Positions 29,761 to 44,828 of a DNA stretch of 64,000 bases are shown in pieces. The translations under genes and the position numbers were made by a program. The DNA comes from Eledone cirrhosa. Its lineage: Eukaryota. The notes beneath the pieces are model-generated. The model was not told the DNA's origin. It saw only the letters and a list, made by a program, of their open reading frames with translations, and did not search any database. The stretch is from the NCBI GenBank assembly GCA_964016885.1, contig OZ024751.1, positions 35,898,001 through 35,962,000 of the forward strand, in the 5' to 3' direction. Every line of letters begins with the position of its first letter. The stretch's first letter is position 1.

Positions 29761-30195
29761 ATAATAAAAATAATAATAATAATAATAATAATTTGGGAAA
29801 GAAGCAAAATTCAAAGAAAGTTTCAAATAATAATAATAATAAAAATAAAAATAAAAATAATTCTTTTATTTTTTAAAATAATAAAAGCTGTCGATATAAA
29901 AACGAAGAATATAAAATGGCGAAAAAATAGCATTTTAATAGTTGAGTCAATAACACTAACATTTTTAGCACAATGTTCTCTTATAGTTTCTTACAAGTTC
30001 TTTATCTTTAGTTATTTTCTTTATTCTTATCCATGTCAATTTCTGAGGTGCCGCGCTATTTGAAATATGTACAGAGTAAAAAAAAAACTATAAAATATAC
30101 CCAACGGCAGAGTGAAAAAAAAATCGCAAAATAAACCCGTGTATTTCAAATAATGTAAGTACATACAACCGCACGTACAGACACACACACATCAC

Positions 30196-30288
<93 letters not shown>

Positions 30289-30406
30289 GTTGTGTGTATG
30301 TGTGAATGAATGAGTGTAAATCTCTTATTATATTTCGATATGTATGTATATATGTCTGCAAGCTTGCATATATATGTGTGTGTTCTGACTGTATATGATA
30401 TATATA

Positions 30407-30470
<64 letters not shown>

Positions 30471-31189
30471 TTTTTTATATATATATAATATATATATAGT
30501 TTTATATATATATATAATTTTATTTATTTTTTTTTTTTATTTTTTTATTTTTTTTATTTATGCCTCAGTATATATTTTACACATCACGCCGGTGAATATG
30601 GTGAAAACGACTGTCTACAATCATCCTATTGATAAACCCACTTAAACCATTGATGAACGTGAAATATAAAACGAATTAATATCTAGAGACAATTATACGA
30701 CAAGATTTATAGTCGTTGATATTAACGTCTCTTTAGATCTAGGAGAAGGACATTTGATGATGGTGGCGGTGTCATGGTGTATATGTCTGCCTGTATATAA
30801 ATATATATATAGAAGGAGGATATTTGATAATGGTGGCGGTGTTGTCGCGATCCTGTCTCTCTGTCTTTATATCTAGAAGAAGGAGGACGTTTGATTATGG
30901 TGGCGATGTCGTCGTGCACCCCCCTCTGTCTTTATATCTAGAAAGACCAGTGGTGGTGGCGGTGTTGTAGTGATATGTCTGAAACAATCATATGGACAGG
31001 ATTTTCATTTAGAGAAAAGGATTGAAGAATGTCTTCGGAATTGGAAAAAAATATTTTGTTTAAAAGACAAAGAAAAATTATGTAAAACGAAATGAAAATT
31101 GTGTTTTGTTGATTTATTTTAAATAATTCACAATTTTGTCTGGTGACAGTTTTGAATGGTGACAGTTATGTAAATATACAGCAACGTAG

Positions 31190-31271
<82 letters not shown>

Positions 31272-31572
31272 GGAGAGAGGGAGACAAAAAGAAGTCAGAT
31301 TTGCGAATTAGATAGATAGGTTTATATTAAACACACACATATATATATAATATATATATGTATATATAGGTAGAGAGATATATAATTATACAACTATACA
31401 GCTATACAACTATACAGCTATACAACTATACAACTATACAACTATACAGCTATATAGTTGGAGTATGTCTTTATCTCTGTATCTTTCCATGGAGAAGAGA
31501 TGAAGCAAAATGTAAAAATAAATCAAATATGACAATTTTATTAAATGCCAAATAATTATACACATTCACCCA

Positions 31573-31615
<43 letters not shown>

Positions 31616-31653
31616 TGTATATATATATATACATATACATATACATTCACCCA

Positions 31654-31722
<69 letters not shown>

Positions 31723-31767
31723 ACACATATATATATATATATTTATATATATATATACACATATTTG

Positions 31768-31801
<34 letters not shown>

Positions 31802-32454
31802 CATAATATATATAATCATATAACATATACACATATATGCATGCATGCATATATGCATGCATGCATATATATATATGCATGCATATATATATATATATAC
31901 CTGCATATACCCCCCCCCCTCCCCATATATATATACACACCTACATATAACGTCGGTTAGATAATACTTTAGATTAATTGCCGCTATTTAGCTATTTGAC
32001 AAGATTTCTGCTGCAGGATATTGCCTACGTTTTTATTTACGTTTCTTTGTCTGATATGAAAGTATGTCTACACTTTTGGAAGTCCTGGTGCTTTACATTT
32101 AAAGCTTTTCTATAGGTGGCGCTAGCAGCAATATATTCACGCGCATTCCTCAAAACACCATTCTTTTGTTGATACTTTCTATAACTTGATTTGCCGGTAT
32201 TTCAAATTCCGTCATTCTTTCACTATATTTGTCTGCAATAAGTAGCTGCTAATCACGTGACTCGCATGCCCTCAAACTGACCATTGACATTCCAACCGTA
32301 TGTTGAGTATAGGGTTTTGTCCAGAAAGGGTCTTATTTAATAATGTTTCTCTTCTCATATATTCCACCAAATTTAGGCAACGCTTAGATATTTCAGCTCA
32401 CAAAAGATGCAACTGCTTAAATGTATAAAACTAGAATCACTATATTACACACAC

Positions 32455-32575
<121 letters not shown>

Positions 32576-32641
32576 TTATATATATATATTTGTAGGTAAA
32601 TATACATTTATATGTGTATATAAGCATATACGTTTATACGT

Positions 32642-32678
<37 letters not shown>

Positions 32679-32850
32679 TATATGTAGTAATAAACACAGT
32701 AAATCGTGTGTTTAAAATTACGAGGGTTGAAGAACCAGATTTGTTTAAAATATTTAACCATGAAACAGACAGAAAATATATAAGATAAATATACAGACAG
32801 CCTCAGTAACTATTACATCTCCCGGACAAATATATATATATATATATATA

Positions 32851-33035
32851 GGAACCAGTAAGACCCCGACGGCTGAGCTCAAGCCGTTTCGACGGCTAAT
32901 TCTAGAATTAGCCGTCGAAACAGCTTGAGCTCAGCTGTCGGGGTCTTACTGGTTCCTATTACCCACTCTACTACCCCAAGTATTGAGTACTTTGGTGCGT
33001 TATGGTCCACCTGGTTCCTTAACACATTTCCTTCG

Positions 33036-33037
<2 letters not shown>
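32851..33037 (+). mobile_element. Fold-back element, family A, copy 2
   Basis: ggaaccagtaagacccc...ggggtcttactggttcc hairpin + tail; contains the 3' half of an HHR (GAAA-cagct..agctg-TC-ggggtc). Confidence 0.85.
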
Positions 33038-33079
<42 letters not shown>

Positions 33080-33117
33080 AGGTAAATATACATTTATATA
33101 TGTATATAAGCATATAT

Positions 33118-33193
<76 letters not shown>

Positions 33194-33342
33194 ATATATA
33201 TATAAACATACATATTGGTGGTAAAACAGGAAAATGTGAAACGTTAAACTATGTGATGGCATGTGTCTTGATACCTGCTGCTAAGAACCTGTTCAAAAGT
33301 CTTCCCACTTTTAACGTAGCCTATTGCAAATGAAGACTTTAT

Positions 33343-36105
33343 TCGACTATCTGTAGTTATTCTTAGACTATAGTCTATCTGTAGACTATAGTCGACTATC
33401 TGTAGTTATTCTCAGACTATAGTCTATCTGTAGACTATAGTCTACTATCTGTAGTTATTCTTAGACTATAGTCTATCTGTAGACTATAGTCGACTATCTG
33501 TAGTTATTCTCAGACTATAGTCTATCTGTAGACTATAGTCTACTATCTGTAGTTATTCTTAGACTATAGTCTATCTGTAGACTATAGTCTACTATCTGTA
33601 GTTATTCTTAGACTATAGTCTATCTGTAGACTATAGTCGACTATCTGTAGTTATTCTTAGACTATAGTCTATCTGTAGACTATAGTCTACTATCTGTAGT
33701 TATTCTTAGACTATAGTCTATCTGTAGACTATAGTCGACTATCTGTAGTTATTCTTAGACTATAGTCTATCTGTAGACTATAGTCTACTATCTGTAGTTA
33801 TTCTTAGACTATAGTCTACTATCTGTAGTTATTCTTAGACTATAGTCTATCTGTAGACTATAGTCGACTATCTGTAGTTATTCTTAGACTATAGTCTATC
33901 TGTAGACTATAGTCTATCTGTAGACTATAGTCTACTATCTGTAGTTATCCTTAGACTATAGTCTATCTGTAGACTATAGTCGACTATCTGTAGTTATTCT
34001 TAGACTATAGTCTATCTGTAGACTATAGTCGACTATCTGTAGACTATAATCTATCTGTAGACTATAGTCTATCTGTAGACTATAGTCTATCTGTAGACTA
34101 TAGTCTACTATCTGTAGACTATAGTCTATCTGTAGACTATAGTCTATCTGTAGACTATAGTCTATCTGTAGACTATAGTCTACTATCTGTAGTTATTCTT
34201 AGACTATAGTCTATCTGTAGACTATAGTCGACTATCTGTAGACTATAGTATATCTGTAGACTATAGTCTATCTGTAAACTATAGTCTATCTGTAGACTAT
34301 AGTCTATCTGTAGACTATAGTCTACTATCTGTAGACTATAGTCTATCTGTAGACTATAGTCTATCTGTAGACTATAGTCTATCTGTAGACTATAGTCTAT
34401 CTGTAGCCTATAGTCTATCTGTAGACTATAGTCGACTATCTGTAGTTATTCTTAGACTATAGTCTATCTGTAGACTATAGTCTACTATCTGTAGTTATTC
34501 TTAGACTATAGTCTATCTGTAGACTATAGTCTACTATCTGTAGTTATTCTTAGACTATAGTCTATCTGTAGACTATAGTCTACTATCTTTAGTTATTCTT
34601 AGACTATAGTCTATCTGTAGACTATAGTCTATCTGTAGACTATAGTCTACTATCTGTAGTTATTCTTAGACTATAGTCTATCTGTAGACTATAGTCGACT
34701 ATCTGTAGTTATTCTTAGACTATAGTCTATCTGTAGACTATAGTCGACTATCTGTAGACTATAGTCTATCTGTAGACTATAGTCTACCTGTAGACTATAG
34801 ACTATCTGTAGACTATAGTCTATCTGTAGACTATAGTCTATCTGTAGACTATAGTCTATCTGTAGACTATAGTCTATCTGTAGACTATAGTCTATCTGTA
34901 GACTATAGTCTACCTGTAGACTATAGACTATCTGTAGACTATAGTCTATCTGTAGACTATAGTCTATCTGTAGACTATAGTCTATCTGTAGACTATAGTC
35001 TACTATCTGTAGTTATTCTTAGACTATAGTCTATCTGTAGACTATAGTCGACTATCTGTAGACTATAGTCTATCTGTAGACTATAGTCTATCTGTAAACT
35101 ATAGTCTATCTGTAGACTATAGTCTATCTGTAGCCTATAGTCTATCTGTAGACTATAGTCTATCTGTAGACTATAGTCTATCTGTAGACTATAGTCTATC
35201 TGTAGACTATAGTCTATCTGTAGACTATAGTCTATCTGTAGACTATAGTCTATCTGTAGACTATAGTCTATCTGTAAACTATAGTCTGTCTGTAGACTAT
35301 AGTCTATCTGTAGACTATAGTCTACTATCTGTAGACTATAGTCTATCTGTAGACTATAGTCTATCTGTAGACTATAGTCTATCTGTAGACTATAGTCTAT
35401 CTGTAGCCTATAGTCTATCTGTAGACTATAGTCGACTATCTGTAGTTATTCTTAGACTATAGTCTATCTGTAGCCTATAGTCTATCTGTAGACTATAGTC
35501 GACTATCTGTAGTTATTCTTAGACTATAGTCTATCTGTAGCCTATAGTCTATCTGTAGACTATAGTCGACTATCTGTAGTTATTCTTAGACTATAGTCTA
35601 TCTGTAGACTATAGTCTACTATCTGTAGTTATTCTTAGACTATAGTCTATCTGTAGACTATAGTCTACTATCTGTAGTTATTCTTAGACTATAGTCTATC
35701 TGTAGACTATAGTCTACTATCTGTAGTTATTCTTAGACTATAGTCTATCTGTAGACTATAGTCGACTATCTGTAGTTATTCTTAGACTATAGTCTATCTG
35801 TAGACTATAGTCGACTATCTGTAGACTATAGTCTATCTGTAGACTATAGTCTACCTGTAGACTATAGACTATCTGTAGACTATAGTCTATCTGTAGACTA
35901 TAGTCTATCTGTAGACTATAGTCTATCTGTAGACTATAGTCTATCTGTAGACTATAGTCTATCTGTAGACTATAGTCTACCTGTAGACTATAGACTATCT
36001 GTAGACTATAGTCTATCTGTAGACTATAGTCTATCTGTAGACTATAGTCTATCTGTAGACTATAGTCTATCTGTAGACTATAGTCGACTATCTGTAGTTA
36101 TTCTT
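33343..36105. repeat. 2.8-kb palindromic satellite (20-bp core, ~57-bp higher-order unit)
   Basis: (tctgtagactatagtcta..)n interleaved with ctatctgtagttattct; each unit holds the palindrome tagactatagtcta. Confidence 0.95.
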
Positions 36106-36244
36106 TAACATAAGAACGACTATCAAAGATTCAATAGACAGGATTTATTATTTGGTTTGTTTTAATACGTAGATCAGTAGATCATCCAATCTTATAGAGA
36201 GTAATGACATCAACAGAGAAGATAGAATATTTCCCCACAAATAA

Positions 36245-36304
<60 letters not shown>

Positions 36305-37390
36305 AAGGTAGAGCTATATTATCAATTCTCAAAAGAGAGTAGAGAAATAGACTTATAGGTTGTAATTGCCAGCTCCACTCCACAGAGAAAGGAATAGCTC
36401 AATGCTGTGTGTGTGCGTGTGTGTGTGTGTATGTGTGTGAGTGTGTGTGTGTGTGTGTGTGTGAGTATGTGTTTGTGTGTGAGCTTATATTTATGACTAT
36501 ATTTGAGCATATGCAAATGCCGGATATTGAAATATAATCAGAATTTTCATTAAATGTTTCGTATATATTTATATATATGTAAGTATATGTGTATATATGT
36601 ATAGTTTTGTGTGTTGTGCACTGTGTGTATATGTTGTGTGTGTGTCTGCAAGTTGTTTGTGTGTGTGTGTGTATGTACGTGTTTGTTTGTTGTTTGTGTA
36701 GGTGTGTTTGTGTGCGTGTATGCGTAAAATATATTTACATATAAGTATGTGTTTGTGTGTGTTGTGTACTATCCGTATATGTTGTTTGTTTGTGTGCGCG
36801 TGTATGTATTGGGTGTATATGTTGTCTGTTTGTGTGTGTATGTGTACAAGTTTCTATGAGTGAGTATGCGTAAAATATTCGCCATTTTACACAAAACAAA
36901 AGTTAAGGACGTGTTTAGATTGACACCATTTCTAGAAATAAATCAGTTGAAGAAATGTAATGAATATTTAAGACCAAAACAATAGCATAAATATTGAGAG
37001 TCGTTGACTGAGTGCCAACATATCCCTGGGGTATTTCCACATCTTCGTAGAATGAATGTAAATTATGGCAGAATTATATCTTGCAGGAAATGTGTATCTT
37101 TAATATTTGGTGTCCAGTGGCCGCCAGGAAAAAACATGCTATGGAAGGCTGTAACACTCCCATCAAAATAGTAATATCCTGATCGTATCGGAAGGCCCAC
37201 TATAATGTTGTTAGACGCAACTGAATTGTCTTCCATTATGTGTATGACACCTGTGGGTTACCATATAATATACCGTGTTTCTGAGATAGAGAGAGATATA
37301 GAGAGATAGAGAGGGAGAGAGAGACAGAGAGACAGGGGGATAGAGAGAAACAATGAGGGTAATAGAGAGATAGTTACAAATAGTAGTGTG

Positions 37391-37464
<74 letters not shown>

Positions 37465-38045
37465 AGAGAGAAAGAGGCAAATATTGTGACACAGGGGAAG
37501 ACATAGAGCTAGAAAGTGATAAAGAGATAGAGGAGATAGAGATAAAAAGAGATGGATATAGAGATAGAGAGAGAAGCAAAGGCATAGGGAGCAAGCAATA
37601 TATAGATATATAGGGAAAGAGAGGTATAGCGAACGTAATAGATAGATAGATAGATAGATTTCTTTATTTACCATAAAGGCATAAAAAGAAGGGACAAATA
37701 CAAAGGGGGAGTTTACATATAATCGAGTAAAAAGGGTGTAACATGAAAATGATCGAAAATAACCTCAAAAGGGAGGGGACGTGATGGGGGTTGCACACAC
37801 CCCCGAAAAAGTGTGCAATCCTTTGCCCGGGGAGCACATGGAGAAGGTGCTCCCCTCTCCTTTACTTCTTTACCTACAGGATGGTATACAGAGAAGGCCC
37901 ATTTACACGAGCCATTCTCGCCACTATCACCCACCTTTCATAAAACTGCCTGTGGCCAAGCACCTCTCTCTCCATTCTTATCCTTCTTCCGAAGTGATAT
38001 CGGAAGAAGTAGACCAGACTATGGCCAATAGATAGATAGATAGAT

Positions 38046-38287
38046 CACAGCACAGTTGAGGTATGTGTCAGACATCAATTTATTTTATCTGATGAGTACG
38101 TACTGAGGAAACAGCACAGTACCTCTGAAATATGTATAGTAAAATATATTTGATTACATGAATGTCTATATTTATTAATATTTTGAATTAATATTAATAA
38201 CTCCAGAAAACTTCCTTGTTGAGTGCTTCTAATCTATTGTAAAACTATATTCCTTGATTAATCAATGAACCTTGTTTAACTTTTGGT

Positions 38288-38288
<1 letters not shown>
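38046..38288 (+). mobile_element. Single-arm HHR element, family B2
   Basis: HHR, then tail ACTC..GAGTGCTT (38200-38228), ending in (TA)n. Confidence 0.75.
38081..38146 (+). ncRNA. Type I hammerhead ribozyme
   Basis: tattttat-CTGATGA-gtacgtactg..cagtacctct-GAAA-tatgta-TA-gtaaaata. Confidence 0.8.
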
Positions 38289-38630
<342 letters not shown>

Positions 38631-38636
38631 TGTATC

Positions 38637-38686
<50 letters not shown>

Positions 38687-38694
38687 CTATCTAT

Positions 38695-39066
38695 CTAAGG
38701 CGGGTAAAATTCCCGAGATCCATGGACGAGTTCTCTCCAGCGGTCTCTGTCCCTCATTATCGCTGCCATGTCCTGCATCTCCAACAGACCAGTGTCTGTC
38801 CTTAGGGCATCAACATACGTTAACCTTGGTCTTCCACTTCTAGTGTGTCCATTTAGGGGCTACCAAAGGAGCACTGAGTGCAATGTCAACTCTGGATGTC
38901 GGTGAGCATGTCCAGCTAACCTCAGTCTCCTCTGTGTCACTTTTGAGCTGACTTTTGGGAGGCTCCCATACAGCTCTGAGTTTTTCATCCTCAGTGTATA
39001 CTGATTAATGTTCAGAGCCATCCTCAGCATTCTCGTGTAGCACCCATCCACCATCTGAGTGAGTTT
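38695..39066 (-). mobile_element. RTE-type LINE 3' fragment (pseudogenised)
   Basis: [59 protein letters not shown], followed by a (TAGA)n tail. Confidence 0.8.
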
Positions 39067-39080
39067 CTATATATATACTG

Positions 39081-39128
<48 letters not shown>

Positions 39129-39399
39129 ATTAATAGATATATAGATCGAGAGAGAAATATAGAGTGTAAGATATAGAAAGACACTTAGATAGAGAGGCAG
39201 ACATATGGATGTATGAAAGATAGATAGACAGCCAAAGAGAGAAAGAGAGAAGATATTAGGTAATGTGTGCGCATGTGTGTGTGTATATATATATAGGCAG
39301 ATACATATAGAAAGATAAATAGACGGATAGATAAACAGCCAAAGAGAGAAGGTATCAGGTTATGTGTGTGTGTGTGTGTGTGTGTATGTGTGCGCATGG

Positions 39400-39496
<97 letters not shown>

Positions 39497-39999
39497 CAGA
39501 TACATATAGAGAGATAGATAGATACATATATAATACAGAGTTAAAGAGAGGTATAACCAAACTAAACTAAGCCGAACCGAACCAAAACCAAACCATAATA
39601 TTAAAAATATGTAAAAGAGGAGAATATGAAAGATATGTGTAACTGAAACAAGATGGCTACGGATAGGGAGCGATGTTTTCTATTATATAGTGCGATGAAT
39701 ATGTATAAGTAGTAATGATTTATTGCCGATTACAAGACACAAAGATCCAACGAGGAAATCGATAAATATTCAAAAGAAAGCAAATAAAAAAAGAAAAAAG
39801 AAAAACTGGTTATTACAATAGTTTGAGATAGAATAATCTAGTAGAAGTGTATGTATGTTGAACAACAACAACAACAAGAATATAGTTATTGAGAATGAAG
39901 TGGATATATCTTCAGTAAAACATATACCAATCTCAAATATCCCTCGTAATCACTACATTGGAAGGAGGTCTTGAGTGTGAAGAATATAATATAGGTACG

Positions 40000-40065
<66 letters not shown>

Positions 40066-40243
40066 AACACACACATATACACACACACATATATATATAT
40101 ATATACACATATATGTATATATACCAATACACACACACATATACATACATATACATAAATATATATATACCAACACACACACAAACACAGACACGCACAC
40201 AATAGACGCAGACACACACAGACATACACACACATATATATAG

Positions 40244-40276
<33 letters not shown>

Positions 40277-40579
40277 GGAGTGAGAGAGAGAGAGCAGAAT
40301 GAGATTAGTAGATACCAGTTTAGACTAGTAAGACCATTGTTCAGCTTAGTACTAGATAGATACTTAAGAAAGTGTTGTAAATAATTTCTGTTCGACAACT
40401 GAGTAAAGCATTCGCTGTGGAAACGGTGAGAACTCAGTGGGTACTACAACACTTAGCATGCTGTACCCACCAGATCTATGGAATATGTACCAGTCATACT
40501 ATTGGGTTCAATATAATCAATGAAAATCCTTTATGTGGAGTTCATTGAATCGAATAACTGAAAATAGTTAAAATAATAT

Positions 40580-40730
40580 GTTCTACTTTAGGTAAAAGGC
40601 CAGTTTATTTTGGAGGTTGGGTGGGAGGGTAAAGTTGATTAAATCGACCCCAGTACATCACTGGTACTTTATTTTATGAACAAAAGGCAAAGCTAACTTC
40701 GGCGTGATTTGAACTCAGAACAGAAAGGGA
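40580..40730 (-). mobile_element. SINE fragment
   Basis: ttctactttagg..ctggtactttatttt..gatttgaactcaga. Confidence 0.7.
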
Positions 40731-40757
40731 CTATATATATATATATATATATATAGA

Positions 40758-40949
40758 GGAACGAGTAGGACCCCGACGGCTGAGCTCAAGCCGTTTCGAC
40801 GGCTAGTTCTGGACCAGAACTAGCTCTCGAAACGGCTTGAGCTCAGCCGTCGGGGTCCTACTCGTTCCTATTACCCACTCTACTACCCTAAGTATTGAGT
40901 ACTTTGGTGCGTTATGGTCCACCTGGTTCCTTACCACATTTCCTTCGTT
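40758..40949 (+). mobile_element. Fold-back element, family A, copy 3
   Basis: ggaacgagtaggacccc...ggggtcctactcgttcc hairpin + tail, in (TA)n. Confidence 0.85.
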
Positions 40950-40979
40950 ATATATATATATACATATATATATATAAAC

Positions 40980-41037
<58 letters not shown>

Positions 41038-41271
41038 TTAAAAACACACAGATACATGCGGACACACACATATATACATGAATGCATCCGCACCCAACTG
41101 TGAGTTAAGGGTGCCAACTTCACCGATGTTGCTCAATGAATGACTGGGACAGACCAATTCAGTTTGAACCAGACTGAACCAGTATCAGAGTTAAAAATAC
41201 ATTATGAAGAGAGAAGAAACATTTAGATATAATTAGTAATAAAATGTATCATACCTAAACTGTTCCTAAAT

Positions 41272-41359
41272 TCCTCGACTACGTAGTTTCGTGGCATAAA
41301 CAAAAACAATATATCAAAGATATAGAGTCCTTGCGAGGTCTGCCGACTTATCAAGAGGA
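41272..41359 (-). ncRNA. Type I hammerhead ribozyme, U3-A8 variant (inverted segment)
   Basis: Reverse complement of 41793-41880. Confidence 0.8.
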
Positions 41360-41792
41360 TACCTCATTTTACTAGTCTCAAGAACGCGTCTACACGACGT
41401 GAGAAAGAATCCCAAAAGGCGGAGGGGGAGATAGTCACGCGATATAACGGTCGAGAAACAGAGCTGGGTGCGGATGCATTCATGTATATATGTGTGTGTC
41501 CGCATGTATCTGTGTGTTTTTAAATATATTAATAACTCCCTCTGGTCGAGCAATCTTTGAAGTGTGGGGACAACTGGAAAGCTTCCATTACTCATACTTC
41601 TCGCCTTCTTCACTACCTCTTCTACGGCCTCGATATGAATACCCCCTCCGCCTCCGTGGTATTTTCTTCGTGGTTATAAGAGGCTTAGCTCTGTTTCTCG
41701 ACCGTTATATCGCGTGACTATCTCCCCCTCCGCCTTTTGGGATTCTTTCTCACGTCGTGTAGACGCGTTCTTGAGACTAGTAAAATGAGGTA

Positions 41793-41880
41793 TCCTCTTG
41801 ATAAGTCGGCAGACCTCGCAAGGACTCTATATCTTTGATATATTGTTTTTGTTTATGCCACGAAACTACGTAGTCGAGGA
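41793..41880 (+). ncRNA. Type I hammerhead ribozyme, U3-A8 variant
   Basis: tcctc-TTGATAA-gtcggca..tgccac-GAAA-CTACGTAG (palindrome)-TC-gagga. Confidence 0.8.
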
Positions 41881-42383
41881 ATTTAGGAACAGTTTAGGTA
41901 TGATACATTTTATTACTAATTATATCTAAATGTTTCTTCTCTCTTCATAATGTATTTTTAACTCTGATACTGGTTCAGTCTGGTTCAAACTGAATTGGTC
42001 TGTCCCAGTCATTCATTGAGCAACATCGGTGAAGTTGGCACCCTTAACTCACAGTTGGGTGCGGATGCATTCATGTATATATGTGTGTGTCCGCATGTAT
42101 CTGTGTGTTTTTAAATATATTAATAACTCCCCCTGGTCGAGCAATCTTTGAAGTGTGGGGACAACTGGAAAGCTTCCATTACTCATACTTCTCGCCTTCT
42201 TCACTACCTCTTCTACGGCCTCGATATGAATACCCCCTCCGCCTCCGTGGTATTTTCTTCGTGGTTATAAGAGGCTTAGCTCTGTTTCTCGACCGTTATA
42301 TCGCGTGACTATCTCCCCCTCCGCCTTTTGGGATTCTTTCTCACGTCGTGTAGACGCGTTCTTGAGACTAGTAAAATGAGGTA

Positions 42384-42471
42384 TCCTCTTGATAAGTCGG
42401 CAGACCTCGCAAGGACTCTATATCTTTGATATATTGTTTTTGTTTATGCCACGAAACTACGTAGTCGAGGA
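42384..42471 (+). ncRNA. Type I hammerhead ribozyme, U3-A8 variant (second unit)
   Basis: Identical to 41793-41880, 591 nt downstream. Confidence 0.8.
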
Positions 42472-42685
42472 ATTTAGGAACAGTTTAGGTATGATACATT
42501 TTATTACTAATTATATCTAAATGTTTCTTCTCTCTTCATAATATATATATATATATATACACATATATATATACATATATATACATATATAAATATATAT
42601 ATATACATATATATATAAATATCTATATCTATATCACAAAGGATGTGGTCCGACTCTCTACCAATACTGCCAATACACAGCTCTC

Positions 42686-43771
<1,086 letters not shown>

Positions 43772-44085
43772 AAACAATGATTTAATAATATGAAGTAATT
43801 TGTCATGTTGGTTTCCATGTCTTAAAACACCGATAAATCACAACATACTTTCATTATCTGGAAATAGACAAGGGTGGTGGATTGGACGGGAATTGGTGGT
43901 GAATTGGACGTGTATCAAGACATAGAAAAAGTACATGATAAATAATAAAAAATATATTTAGACCCAACACATGACACGACGAAGATATCGCATACATTAT
44001 CATTGACAGTATCGGTAGAGGGTTGGACGCCATGCTTTCTAGCATAGTTACGTCCCTTTACGGTCTGAGTTCAATTCCCGTCCAA

Positions 44086-44270
44086 GGGTGGTGGATTGGC
44101 AGTATCGGTAGAGGGTCGGACGCCATGCTTTCCAGCATAGTTACGTCCCTTTACGATCTGAGTTCAAATCCCGCCGAGGTTGACTTTGCCTTTCATCCTT
44201 ACGGGGTCGATAAAATAAAGTACCAGTAATGCACTGGGTAATTGCTGGCCTTGTGCCTAAAGTAGAAACA
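44086..44270 (+). mobile_element. SINE, full length
   Basis: gtggattggcagtatcggtagag..gagttcaaatcccgccgagg..aaagtagaaac; outer duplication attatctggaaatagacaagg at 43853 and 44271. Confidence 0.9.
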
Positions 44271-44611
44271 ATTATCTGGAAATAGACAAGGAAGTCGAGT
44301 TTTAAATATAAAATAGAAGCAACGTTGTATTAATACAAACATAGAGATCAGTAGCTTGCAATATATACATACATACATACACACATACATACATATACAT
44401 ATATACATACATATATACATACATATATACATACATATATACATACATATATACATAGATACATAAATGCGTACCATGCACAAATACGCATACATAATAT
44501 ATATATATATATATATTCATATATATATATATGAATATATACATATTTATGTGTGTATATATATGTATATATATTTATGTGTGTATATATATATATGTAT
44601 ATATAATTATG

Positions 44612-44657
<46 letters not shown>

Positions 44658-44711
44658 AACATGTATGTATATATATGTGTAATTATATATTTATGTCTAT
44701 ACATATTGATG

Positions 44712-44828
<117 letters not shown>

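Larger units (their letters stand above)
41031..42541 (+). mobile_element. Retrozyme/pLTR-like element, family G: 591-bp tandem unit with inverted 5' segment
   Basis: 41466-42056 is repeated at 42057-42541 (period 591, one difference seen); 41031-41465 is the reverse complement of ~41687-42121; (TA)n flanks. Confidence 0.9.

Noticed and set aside
41490-42308. Duplicated 75-aa ORFs in the 591-bp unit
   Set aside because: Non-ATG start within a TG repeat, no recognisable domain; duplication is explained by the tandem unit.
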